A program made the translations under genes and the position numbers. A stretch of 64,000 nucleotides of DNA from a virus (taxonomy: Duplodnaviria > Caudoviricetes): positions 1-64,000 of IMG/VR virus record IMGVR_UViG_3300038530_003247. The stretch is one strand, 5' to 3'. Below are positions 1 through 9,402 of this stretch, piece by piece; within the stretch, counting starts at the first letter, position 1; every line of letters begins with the position of its first letter. The notes beneath the pieces were generated by a model. It was not told the origin of the DNA, searched no databases, and saw nothing but the letters and a program-made list of their open reading frames with translations.

Positions 1-2243
1 GTTCTGCTTCAGATACATATCTTGCATTTGGATCTGGTGGTAGTACGGAAAGAGTTCGTATATCTTCTAATGGTGACCTAACATCTACTGGACCGAACAA
101 TAGTTTTGCAACTATAAAATATTTGAGCAATTTTACAAAACTAGATTTACGAGGCAATGGCATAGGAGACAGCAAACATTATCTTATAGGTTATGGTGCA
201 GGACATGGAAGTGCTAATAGTTTCCATATGGTCAATAGCACCTCAGATGGTAATTTAGCTTTTCGCACTGGTTCCAGTGGTACAGAAAGACTTCGTATAA
301 CTTCTTCTGGTCTGGTCGGCATCGGAACTAATAATCCAGGTACAAATCTTGAAGTAATTGGTGGTATTAAAGCTAAAAATACTACGGGTTCTGCAACAGT
401 AAACATTGAATCAAAGAACAATCAGTTATCTGGTGTTCACTTTAGCGATGATGCCGCAACTCCCGGCAAGATCGAATATTTCCATACAGATAATAGTCTT
501 AGATTTACTACTAACAGTAGTGAGCGTTTATCTATTCTTTCCAGTGGCAATATTGGCATCGGAGAAAACAGTCCTTCAGCAATACTTCATGTTAAGAAAA
601 GCACCGGCTCTATTATCAACCTTACCACTGGCACTAGTAATTCAGACACAGTGCAAGGGTTAAATTTTTATGGAAGATTTGTTTCTGGCGTCACCCCAGC
701 TGCTCCTGGCCAATTAACTTGTTATCTTAGAGAAGAGCGTCAAGGCAGTAACTCAGAGTTTGACTTAACTTTTGGTACAGCCACTTCTTCAGATGCGACG
801 GAAAAAATGCGCATAGATTCAAGTGGCCAAGTTGTTATTGGAACCACTAGTGCTCTTGGTAAACTTCACGTCAGAGCAGCAGATGAATGTAACTTTGTTG
901 TTAGGGAAGAATCAACTGCACTTGTTCTCTCTGCCGAAACAAATAGTGGCAGAGATAACAACCGCCAGATGTCATTAGAAGGTAGTGCTTATAGTTTTAC
1001 TGTCTCAGGCACTGAAAAACTTCGTATAGAGTCTAATGGCACAGTTAATCAAACTACAGGTGCTTTCAGCGATAATTTAACTTATGGTGGCAGAACATTT
1101 ACAGTAAATCATGACATCCGGGCCACCTCTCTGAGAGGAGGGGTTCTTGTTCGCAACATGAACAACTTCCGTTCAGAATCGGACGCTGCATCTTTTATGG
1201 TCTATGATGCATACGACACAACTGCTAAAACTTTTGCATTCAGAGCGGCGAGAGGTGCAACACTTTCCGATAAGTTCTGGGTAAAGACTGATGGTAGTGC
1301 ATATTTTGCTGATAAAGTTGGTATCGGGAACAATAATCCAAGTTACATATTAGACGTTGAAGGTGGTTTTTCATCAACGCAATTTACATCAACAGCAAAC
1401 TGGAATTTTTCAACTGTTTATATAAAACGAAAAGCGTCCAATATCGCTATTGCCAAAATGATCAGCATGATGCTAGATGGCGATAATGCTTCAGATACGA
1501 CTCTTACCAATAGTTTAAATATTTGGGGAACTTACTCTGGTACGCCGACAACAAGCAGCACTTCGACTGGTTTAAGCGGCCACATGAACCTTGGCGCACC
1601 TAGCGGAATTGTCTTCCACACGAATGGTTCAGAGGGGGCGCGCATTAATGCATCGGGATATCTTTTGCAGGGCACAACCAATCTTGGAACTGTTGGTAGC
1701 GTCAACGGTTTTCAAGCATCAAATCATATAGCAGCCTCTTCGACATCTCCCAGCATTTTTTCTCGAAGAAGTGCAAATGGTACTGTTGTTACTTTTAGAA
1801 GAGACACGACAAGCGTAGGAACCATTCAAGTTACAACCACTTCAACATCTTATAATACTTCTTCCGACTACCGCTTGAAAGAAAATGTTGTAGGTTTAAC
1901 GAGTGCAATTAGTCGCGTCAAGCAACTTGAACCAAAGCGATTTAACTTTATTGCCGAACCAGGTACTGTTGTTGATGGTTTCATTGCTCACGAAGCACAA
2001 ACCGTTGTTCCTGAATCCGTTACTGGAACGCACAATGAAGTTGAAGTTTGGAAAGAATCTGATGAACTTCCTGACGGTGTTTCAGTTGGTGATAACAAAC
2101 TGGATGATGAAGGAAATACAATTCCTGTATATCAAGGTATCGACCAAGCTAAACTTGTTCCATTACTGACTGCTGCACTTCAAGAAGCTATCACCAAGAT
2201 TGAAACACTTGAAGCTAAAGTTGCAGCACTTGAAGGTAGTTGA
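1..2243 (+). CDS. Tail fibre protein with C-terminal intramolecular chaperone (peptidase S74-like) domain; 5' end lies upstream of the window
   Basis: Frame 3 is open from position 3. Repeated E(R/K)(L/M)RI.S.G.VGIG fibre repeats; C-terminal TSSDYRLKENV...GFIAHEAQ...LVPLLTAALQEA chaperone signature. Confidence 0.85.
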   Translation, partial: SASDTYLAFGSGGSTERVRISSNGDLTSTGPNNSFATIKYLSNFTKLDLRGNGIGDSKHYLIGYGAGHGSANSFHMVNSTSDGNLAFRTGSSGTERLRITSSGLVGIGTNNPGTNLEVIGGIKAKNTTGSATVNIESKNNQLSGVHFSDDAATPGKIEYFHTDNSLRFTTNSSERLSILSSGNIGIGENSPSAILHVKKSTGSIINLTTGTSNSDTVQGLNFYGRFVSGVTPAAPGQLTCYLREERQGSNSEFDLTFGTATSSDATEKMRIDSSGQVVIGTTSALGKLHVRAADECNFVVREESTALVLSAETNSGRDNNRQMSLEGSAYSFTVSGTEKLRIESNGTVNQTTGAFSDNLTYGGRTFTVNHDIRATSLRGGVLVRNMNNFRSESDAASFMVYDAYDTTAKTFAFRAARGATLSDKFWVKTDGSAYFADKVGIGNNNPSYILDVEGGFSSTQFTSTANWNFSTVYIKRKASNIAIAKMISMMLDGDNASDTTLTNSLNIWGTYSGTPTTSSTSTGLSGHMNLGAPSGIVFHTNGSEGARINASGYLLQGTTNLGTVGSVNGFQASNHIAASSTSPSIFSRRSANGTVVTFRRDTTSVGTIQVTTTSTSYNTSSDYRLKENVVGLTSAISRVKQLEPKRFNFIAEPGTVVDGFIAHEAQTVVPESVTGTHNEVEVWKESDELPDGVSVGDNKLDDEGNTIPVYQGIDQAKLVPLLTAALQEAITKIETLEAKVAALEGS

Positions 2244-2353
2244 TAATTATCAAAACCACTTAAATCAGTAGAGGGGGATTGACAGAAAGTTGAGGTATGG
2301 TATGAAGTGATAAGAATTTGCTAAATACTAAAAGAATCCTGTCGTAAGCGAAG

Positions 2354-4084
2354 ATGACATCACCGATTGTTGCCAGACTCCTTGAGAAGAAGGAAGCGGG
2401 AGCTTGTCTTCAGAGTTTTGAAGAAGACTTTGCACCTTCAAGTGAAATTCTCTGGGAACAGGCAAAGAACCTGGCAGAGAAGAAGTTTGAAGATTGGCCA
2501 ATCATTGATGCGATGGACTGGGCACAACTTTGGTTTGAGTCGAAGGGTGGATATTGGAGTACTTATATTAGTGAAGAAGTTTTAGAAGAAGCATCCAAGT
2601 CTGGTGACTCATCACTTCATGACTGGTTCAGTAAGTCGAAGTCTTCCGATGGCAAACCTGGTTGGGTTCAACTTGGTGGTAAGTATGCAGGTAAGCCTTG
2701 TGCCAGACAACCTGGTCAGACCACGAAACCGAAGTGTGGTTCTTCTAAGATGAAGAGAAACCTCAGTAAGGACGAAGAGGAGGCAGCTTTCCGTCGTAAG
2801 AACAGACAAGACCCCAACCCAGACAGAAGAGGTAAGGCAAAGAATGTTGCAACCGAGGAGGTTGTTCTGGAAGGTGAGAAGGATGCCTGTTACCATAAGG
2901 TAAAGGCTCGTTATAAGGTCTGGCCTTCTGCTTATGCTTCTGGAGCTCTGGTGAAGTGTCGTAAGGTTGGTGCAGCAAACTGGGGTAATAAGACCAAGAA
3001 AGAGTCTTATGAAATGCTCGACGAAAAGTGTTGGCCTGGTTATGAGAAAAAAGGTATGAAAACCATGTTCGGAAAGCGTTATCCCAACTGTGTCAAGAAG
3101 AAGGCCACGAAGGAAGAGGTGGAGATCTTGGAAGCTCGTAAGCCTGGTGAGTCTCCTCAGGATTATGCCAACAGAATGAAGAAGAAGTTTGCTGGTGGTA
3201 AGTCAAAGACTTATGATCCCATGAAGGATCCGAAGTTCGATCATGATAAGGCTGAAAGAACCCGTGGTTCGATGGAAGAAGCCTACTACGGTGGCGAAGA
3301 GCAGAGAAAGAAGGACGAGAAGAAGGCTGCCTACGAGAAGCAACTGAAGAAGATGCTTCCCAAGCGTGCTTTTGACTCCACTGGTGCTGAGCTTGACCCC
3401 CGCTCCGGCAATCGTCTGAAAGAGGAACTCCTTCCTTCCAGAAATGGTTTGATGTATCAAATCCTCTTCATCTGGAGAGGTAAGACGATGAGCATGAAGT
3501 TGTTCTTCCCCAGCATCAGAAAACTGGACAGAAAGCAAATTCAAACCAGCATTGACAAGTTCTATCCTGGAGCAATGGTTCAGCGTTATGACCTGGCACG
3601 GTTCAACCCGTCACAGGCATATCTGACAGCACCTGTTAATGAGGAGACCATTCAGGAAAAGAAAGAAGAGAAGAAGTACTGTCGTCTCTGTGAGAAGAAA
3701 GAAACTCGCAACCAGTGTGGTTATGGTCCAAGAATGTTCGATAAGTATAGTGTCGATGACACCACGGACCAAGAGAAGAGTGAAGCAGCTGCTGAATCTG
3801 GAATAACTGAAGAGAACATTGAAGAAGGAAAGGGTATGGAAGGTATGACCCTTAAGGGTGGTCATAAGAGAAGCACCGAGAGTGGAGCTGGTCTCACACA
3901 AAAGGGTGTTGAGAAGTATCGTCGTCAGAACCCTGGTTCTAAACTCCAGACGGCAGTCACTACTCCTCCTTCCAAACTGAAGCCTGGTTCCAAGGCAGCC
4001 AAGAGACGTAAGAGCTTCTGTGCTCGTTCCAGAAGTTGGACAGGACCTCGTGGTAAGGCGGCCCGGAGACGTTGGAATTGCTGA
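2354..4084 (+). CDS. Modular hypothetical protein, probable head-internal polyprotein
   Basis: Basic, Cys-containing modules separated by acidic linkers ending in (I/L/V)xE; TAAATA late promoter at 2322-2327. Confidence 0.6.
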   Translation: MTSPIVARLLEKKEAGACLQSFEEDFAPSSEILWEQAKNLAEKKFEDWPIIDAMDWAQLWFESKGGYWSTYISEEVLEEASKSGDSSLHDWFSKSKSSDGKPGWVQLGGKYAGKPCARQPGQTTKPKCGSSKMKRNLSKDEEEAAFRRKNRQDPNPDRRGKAKNVATEEVVLEGEKDACYHKVKARYKVWPSAYASGALVKCRKVGAANWGNKTKKESYEMLDEKCWPGYEKKGMKTMFGKRYPNCVKKKATKEEVEILEARKPGESPQDYANRMKKKFAGGKSKTYDPMKDPKFDHDKAERTRGSMEEAYYGGEEQRKKDEKKAAYEKQLKKMLPKRAFDSTGAELDPRSGNRLKEELLPSRNGLMYQILFIWRGKTMSMKLFFPSIRKLDRKQIQTSIDKFYPGAMVQRYDLARFNPSQAYLTAPVNEETIQEKKEEKKYCRLCEKKETRNQCGYGPRMFDKYSVDDTTDQEKSEAAAESGITEENIEEGKGMEGMTLKGGHKRSTESGAGLTQKGVEKYRRQNPGSKLQTAVTTPPSKLKPGSKAAKRRKSFCARSRSWTGPRGKAARRRWNC

Positions 4085-4085
4085 C

Positions 4086-4241
4086 ATGTATTTGCTGTGG
4101 CACAGTGAGCTCAAACCTCCACTTGTCTTAACCAGCATGAGAGAAGTGAGAGTTTATATTCAACTGATGGAGAGTCTCGGTAAAGGGACTCCTCGATGGC
4201 AAAAACTAGAGGATGATTGGTTTGAATCGAATGACATCTAA
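4086..4241 (+). CDS. Small hypothetical protein (51 aa)
   Basis: ATG immediately after the previous stop; fills the gap. Confidence 0.4.
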   Translation: MYLLWHSELKPPLVLTSMREVRVYIQLMESLGKGTPRWQKLEDDWFESNDI

Positions 4242-4264
4242 ATAAAAACAAACACCAAGAAAGA

Positions 4265-4507
4265 ATGAACAGTAGAGTTCTGAAGGTTTTGGAGAAAGAG
4301 TTGCTAGAGTTGGATAAACTTTCTTATTCATCCATTGACAACTTGATGAAGAGACTTGCCAAGGATTATCAAATCACAACCAGAGAACTTCACGACTCCT
4401 TCAAAGAAAAGCACAATAAGATTCCCGACGACTGGGCAAAGGAAAAAAGACAAGAGATGAGTGAAGAGATTATTCTCAAAACTCTTCGATTTCTCAATAG
4501 AAGATAA
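4265..4507 (+). CDS. Hypothetical protein
   Basis: 80-aa ORF downstream of TAAATA at about 4239. Confidence 0.65.
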   Translation: MNSRVLKVLEKELLELDKLSYSSIDNLMKRLAKDYQITTRELHDSFKEKHNKIPDDWAKEKRQEMSEEIILKTLRFLNRR

Positions 4508-4523
4508 ATTTTATTGACTTATT

Positions 4524-6191
4524 ATGACTGATGTTTATTTCGGCAATCCAAATCTAAAAAGGGCCAACACCCCGATCCAGTTCACACAAGATCAGGTTGC
4601 TGAGTACATTCGTTGTAAGGACGATCCAGTCTACTTTGCCAATAATTACATCAAGATTGTCAATCTGGATGAAGGTCTTACTAACTTTCATCCTTATGAC
4701 TTCCAAGAAAAACTAATCAATAATTTCCACAATCACAGATTCAACATCTGTAAGATGCCTCGACAGACTGGTAAGTCAACCACTGTAGTGTCTTACCTTC
4801 TTCATTATGCGATTTTCAATGACAGTGTCAATATTGGAATCCTGGCAAACAAAGCTTCAACAGCTAGGGAACTTCTCTCCAGACTGGCAACCGCTTATGA
4901 AAACTTACCAAAGTGGATGCAACAGGGTATCCTGGTATGGAATAAAGGAAACATCGAATTAGAAAATGGCAGTAAGATATTGGCAGCTTCTACATCTGCA
5001 AGTGCTGTCCGAGGCATGTCGTTCAACATCCTCTTTCTCGACGAGTTCGCATTCGTCCCGAATCACATTGCTGATTCGTTCTTTGCCTCTGTTTATCCTA
5101 CTATTACGTCTGGTAAATCAACGAAGGTAATCATCGTTTCTACCCCACACGGTATGAACCACTTCTATCGAATGTGGTACGACGCCGAAAGACAGAGAAA
5201 TGACTATGTCCCCACAGAGGTTCATTGGTCAGAAGTTCCTGGAAGAGATGAAGCTTGGAAAGAACAGACGATTAAGAACACCTCAGAACAACAATTCAAG
5301 ATTGAGTTTGAGTGTGAGTTCCTTGGATCAATTGACACACTTATTGCTGCCAGTAAGCTGAAGTCACTTGTTTACGAACAACCAATCGAATCGAATGGTG
5401 GATTGAGTGTCTATGAGGTAGTCAGAAATAATCATGATTATGTTGTAACTGTTGATGTGGCACGAGGAGTTGGAGAGGATTTCTCTGCCTTTATTGTGGT
5501 TGATATCACGGAGTTTCCACACAGGGTAGTTGCAAAGTACAGGGATAACAATATCAAACCGATGTTATTTCCATCTGTCATCTTCGAAGTTGCCAGAAGT
5601 TATAACGAAGCATTCGTTCTCTGTGAGGTGAATGATGTGGGAGACCAAGTTGCTGCCATTCTCCAATATGACTTGGAATATCAAAACCTTTTGATGTGTT
5701 CAATGAGAGGTCGTGCTGGTCAGATTGTTGGTCAAGGTTTCTCAGGACAAAAGACACAGTTGGGTGTGAAGATGTCAAAGACTGTGAAGAAGGTTGGGTC
5801 TCTCAACCTGAAGACATTGATTGAAGAGAATAAAGTTCAGTTCTGTGACTTGGACATCATCTCAGAACTCACTACCTTCATTTCAAAGAGAGGTTCATTT
5901 GAAGCAGAAGATGGATGTAATGATGACTTGGCAATGTGTCTTGTCATCTACGCATGGTTAGTTGCACAGGATTACTTTAAGGAACTGACTGACCAAGATG
6001 TTCGTAAGAGATTATATGAAGAACAGAAGAATCAAATTGAACAGGACATGGCACCATTTGGTTTCATATCTGATGGACTTGACGATGGGAGTTTTGTGGA
6101 TGCAGATGGAGACAGATGGTACACTAAGAGCAACGAGTATGATGAATATGGATCATCTGCTGGTGGTTGGGAGTTGTGGAATTACCGATGA
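4524..6191 (+). CDS. g17: Terminase large subunit
   Basis: PRQTGKST Walker A, LFLDEFAF Walker B, C-terminal nuclease motifs (VDVARG, NDDLAM). Confidence 0.97.
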   Translation: MTDVYFGNPNLKRANTPIQFTQDQVAEYIRCKDDPVYFANNYIKIVNLDEGLTNFHPYDFQEKLINNFHNHRFNICKMPRQTGKSTTVVSYLLHYAIFNDSVNIGILANKASTARELLSRLATAYENLPKWMQQGILVWNKGNIELENGSKILAASTSASAVRGMSFNILFLDEFAFVPNHIADSFFASVYPTITSGKSTKVIIVSTPHGMNHFYRMWYDAERQRNDYVPTEVHWSEVPGRDEAWKEQTIKNTSEQQFKIEFECEFLGSIDTLIAASKLKSLVYEQPIESNGGLSVYEVVRNNHDYVVTVDVARGVGEDFSAFIVVDITEFPHRVVAKYRDNNIKPMLFPSVIFEVARSYNEAFVLCEVNDVGDQVAAILQYDLEYQNLLMCSMRGRAGQIVGQGFSGQKTQLGVKMSKTVKKVGSLNLKTLIEENKVQFCDLDIISELTTFISKRGSFEAEDGCNDDLAMCLVIYAWLVAQDYFKELTDQDVRKRLYEEQKNQIEQDMAPFGFISDGLDDGSFVDADGDRWYTKSNEYDEYGSSAGGWELWNYR

Positions 6192-6418
6192 ACCTCGACG
6201 ATCAAATCAGTCTTGATCATCTACTCTTAGATGAAAGGAAGTGTCGTGTCTGTGGTGAGACTAAAAATTTGATTGATGGATTTTATAAGACAAGAAAGAA
6301 TAAAAGTCATCTATCCTCTGCTTATTCTTATGAGTGTAAAGAATGTACCTCAAAGAGAGCGATAGAGTCTAGAAAAAAGAAAAAAGTTGACGATAAGTGG
6401 GTCTATCCTGACTGGTAA
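6188..6418 (+). CDS. Small zinc-finger protein
   Basis: CRVC and CKEC pairs; ATGA overlap with the g17 stop. Confidence 0.65.
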   Translation: MNLDDQISLDHLLLDERKCRVCGETKNLIDGFYKTRKNKSHLSSAYSYECKECTSKRAIESRKKKKVDDKWVYPDW

Positions 6419-6504
6419 AGTGCTACATTGGCTGCTTCCCCTATGAAATTACCGCAAATTCTAAATATTTCACAGGAAAACTGATAAACTATTAGGAGAA
6501 AAAC

Positions 6505-8691
6505 ATGGCGACTCCTCAACTATCTCCTGGGGTACTGATCAGGGAAGTTGACCTTACAGTTGGTAGAGCTGAGAATGTCCTTGACAACCTCGGTGCAATT
6601 GCTGGTCCCTTTAGTATTGGTCCGATCAACGAGCCCATCGAGATTTCAACCGAGCAGCAGTTCATCAACACTTTTGGAACTCCCATCTCGACGGATAGAC
6701 AGTATGAGTATTGGATGGCTGCAGAGGCATTCCTTTCTTATGGTGGTATCCTGAAGGTTGTTCGAGTTGGTGGTGGTGCCCTCAATAACGCCAACGCTGG
6801 CGTTGGATTAGCAGCAACAACCACTCTGAGAATCGATAACCTCGACGATTACGAAGAGAACCACGAGACTGATAACAGTTTCTACTGGGCAGCCCGTAGC
6901 GCTGGAACCTGGGGAAATGGAGCTAAGGTTTGTGTAATTGATAACCTGGCTGACCAAACAATCGGTGTTAGTACAACCAACCTTGGAAGTGTTGGAGCTA
7001 TCGTTGGTCACGGTGTTACCGCAACACTGTCTGGTGTTAGCGTACCTGGACTTGGTGAAGTTGATACTTTCAATGGTCACCTGAAGGGAATCATTGTTGG
7101 TGTTAGAACTGACACTGTCAATGGAGCTTCGAAGATCGACGTTAGAGTTCTTTCTAGAGTTTCCTCCGCTGGAACAGAATCCAACATTGAATACGCTGAA
7201 GGTAACACGGCAGCCGCTTTTGCCGAGAGTACAACTCTTAACTTCGTTAATAATTCTGGTATCAACACTGGAACCTCTCAGGCTATTGTCACAGCAGAAG
7301 ACTGGTACGATCAACAAACCTTGGGTCTGACCAACTCCACCGTTTACTGGAAGACACTCGCTCCGAGACCGATTGATAGCAACTACGCTAACACTCATAG
7401 TTCCAGAAACGACACGTTACACATCGTGATTGTTGACGACGATGGTGACATCACTGGAATTCAAGGTTCTATCATTGAGAGACATCTTAATCTGTCTAAG
7501 GCTCTTGACGGAGCTGCTGATGGTGAAGGTCAAAGTAAGACCTACTATAAGGACTATGTTGCTTACAACTCAGCTTACGCTTGGGCTGGTCAAAGTCCAG
7601 TTGTCTCTTTTGACGCAGTTCAAAACACTGGTCCTATTGCTTCTGGTTTCTCCACGGCCTTCATTCCCGTCACGACAGGTGATGGTCTCTGGGGTCTGAA
7701 CGCACAAGGTGTTCAATTCTCTGGACTTGGTAACATCACTTATGCACTGTCTGGTGGTGTCGATTATCAAGATGGTGGTGGAATGACAGCTCAGCTGGCA
7801 GACCTCATCACTGGTTATGGTTTCTTCGATAATAAAGATGAGATTGAAATCGATTTCTTGATCATGGGTCCTGGTTTGGCCAACAAGTCGGAATCACAAG
7901 CCAAGGCAAACTACTTGATCTCGATCGCTAATGCAAGAAAGGATTGTATCGCTACAATCTCTCCCCATAAAGCAGACATTGTTAATGTTTCGAACAGCCT
8001 CACTCAGACCAATAATCTGATTTCTTACTATTCCGCAATCTCTAGTTCCTCTTTCGCTGTTCTTGACACTGGTTACAAGTACACCTTTGATAGATTCAAC
8101 AACGTGTTCCGTTACATTCCAACCAACGGTGACGTTGCTGGTTTGATGGTTAGAACTTCGATTGTTGCTTATCCTTGGTTCTCACCAGCTGGACAACAAA
8201 GAGGTGTTCTGAATAACGCTAACAAGTTGGCTTACAACCCCAACAAGGCACAGAGAGATCAACTTTATCCTCAAAGAATTAACTCCCTGATTAATCAGAA
8301 GGGAAGTGGAATTATCCTCTTTGGTGATAAGACAGCACTGGGTTACGCTTCCGCGTTTGATAGAATCAACGTAAGAAGATTGTTCCTGACGGTGGAACAA
8401 GCCCTCGAAGGAGCCGCTAACGCTCAACTGTTCGAACTCAACGATGTGAACACCAGATCTAACTTTGTTAACATCGTCGAACCTTTCCTTCGTGATGTCC
8501 AAGCTAAGAGGGGCATTTTTGACTTCCTCGTAGTTTGTGATGAGACAAACAACACTCCTGATGTTATTGATAACAACGAGTTTAGAGCTGACATTTACCT
8601 GAAACCGTCCAAGTCGATTAACTATGTCACTCTGACCTTCGTCGCTACCAGAACTGGTGTAGCGTTTGAAGAAGTCGTTGGTACCGTTTGA
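6505..8691 (+). CDS. g18: Tail sheath protein
   Basis: LSPGVLIREVD N-terminus, PWFSPAG and FDRINVRRLF motifs; AGGAG RBS; TAAATA at 6462. Confidence 0.96.
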   Translation: MATPQLSPGVLIREVDLTVGRAENVLDNLGAIAGPFSIGPINEPIEISTEQQFINTFGTPISTDRQYEYWMAAEAFLSYGGILKVVRVGGGALNNANAGVGLAATTTLRIDNLDDYEENHETDNSFYWAARSAGTWGNGAKVCVIDNLADQTIGVSTTNLGSVGAIVGHGVTATLSGVSVPGLGEVDTFNGHLKGIIVGVRTDTVNGASKIDVRVLSRVSSAGTESNIEYAEGNTAAAFAESTTLNFVNNSGINTGTSQAIVTAEDWYDQQTLGLTNSTVYWKTLAPRPIDSNYANTHSSRNDTLHIVIVDDDGDITGIQGSIIERHLNLSKALDGAADGEGQSKTYYKDYVAYNSAYAWAGQSPVVSFDAVQNTGPIASGFSTAFIPVTTGDGLWGLNAQGVQFSGLGNITYALSGGVDYQDGGGMTAQLADLITGYGFFDNKDEIEIDFLIMGPGLANKSESQAKANYLISIANARKDCIATISPHKADIVNVSNSLTQTNNLISYYSAISSSSFAVLDTGYKYTFDRFNNVFRYIPTNGDVAGLMVRTSIVAYPWFSPAGQQRGVLNNANKLAYNPNKAQRDQLYPQRINSLINQKGSGIILFGDKTALGYASAFDRINVRRLFLTVEQALEGAANAQLFELNDVNTRSNFVNIVEPFLRDVQAKRGIFDFLVVCDETNNTPDVIDNNEFRADIYLKPSKSINYVTLTFVATRTGVAFEEVVGTV

Positions 8692-8724
8692 TCATTACTA
8701 AATTAAACTAAGGAGCATAAACCA

Positions 8725-9354
8725 ATGGAAGTAAAAACCCTATCACAGTTTAAATCTAAACTTCAAGGTGGAGGAGCGAGACCCGATCTATTTGAGGTCT
8801 CCATTCCCGCCTTCCCCAGCGCTGTTGGTGGAGACTGGTCACCGAGTGATGACGGCGAAAACGGAACCTTCAGGTTCTTGTGTACCGCATCACTACTCCC
8901 AGCCTCCAATATTGGGACGATCGCCGTTCCCTTTAGAGGTCGTGAGTTGAAAGTTGCCGGAGAAAGAACCTTTGACAACTGGACAGTCACCGTTATCAAC
9001 GATGAGGACTTCAAACTCAGAACCGCTTTTGAGAAGTGGGCCAACGCTTTGAGTAGACTCAGCGACAACACTGGTGTTACTGAACCGGCGTCTTACATGG
9101 CTGACGCTTATGTTCAGCAACTTGGACGTGGTCGTGAGAAGTTCGCTGACACGAACTCTGGTGGTGAGGTCTCTGTTCTTAGAACTTACAGATTCTTTGA
9201 CATCTGGCCGACCGAGGTATCCGCAATTACGTTGGGTTACGATCAGACAGGAGACATCGAGAGATTCGATGTTGAGTTCGCCGTTCAGCACTTCACAATC
9301 GGTGATTCCCCTGAAAGCTCGGGTGGAGCCGCCGGAGAGGAGAGAATCAACTAA
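8725..9354 (+). CDS. g19: Tail tube protein
   Basis: GGARPDLFEV and VPFRGRELKVAGERTFDNWTVTVINDEDF motifs; position after g18. Confidence 0.95.
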   Translation: MEVKTLSQFKSKLQGGGARPDLFEVSIPAFPSAVGGDWSPSDDGENGTFRFLCTASLLPASNIGTIAVPFRGRELKVAGERTFDNWTVTVINDEDFKLRTAFEKWANALSRLSDNTGVTEPASYMADAYVQQLGRGREKFADTNSGGEVSVLRTYRFFDIWPTEVSAITLGYDQTGDIERFDVEFAVQHFTIGDSPESSGGAAGEERIN

Positions 9355-9402
9355 TTTTTAGTTGATAAATAACTAGACGGATCGGCCTTCTAGTTAGTTG
9401 AA

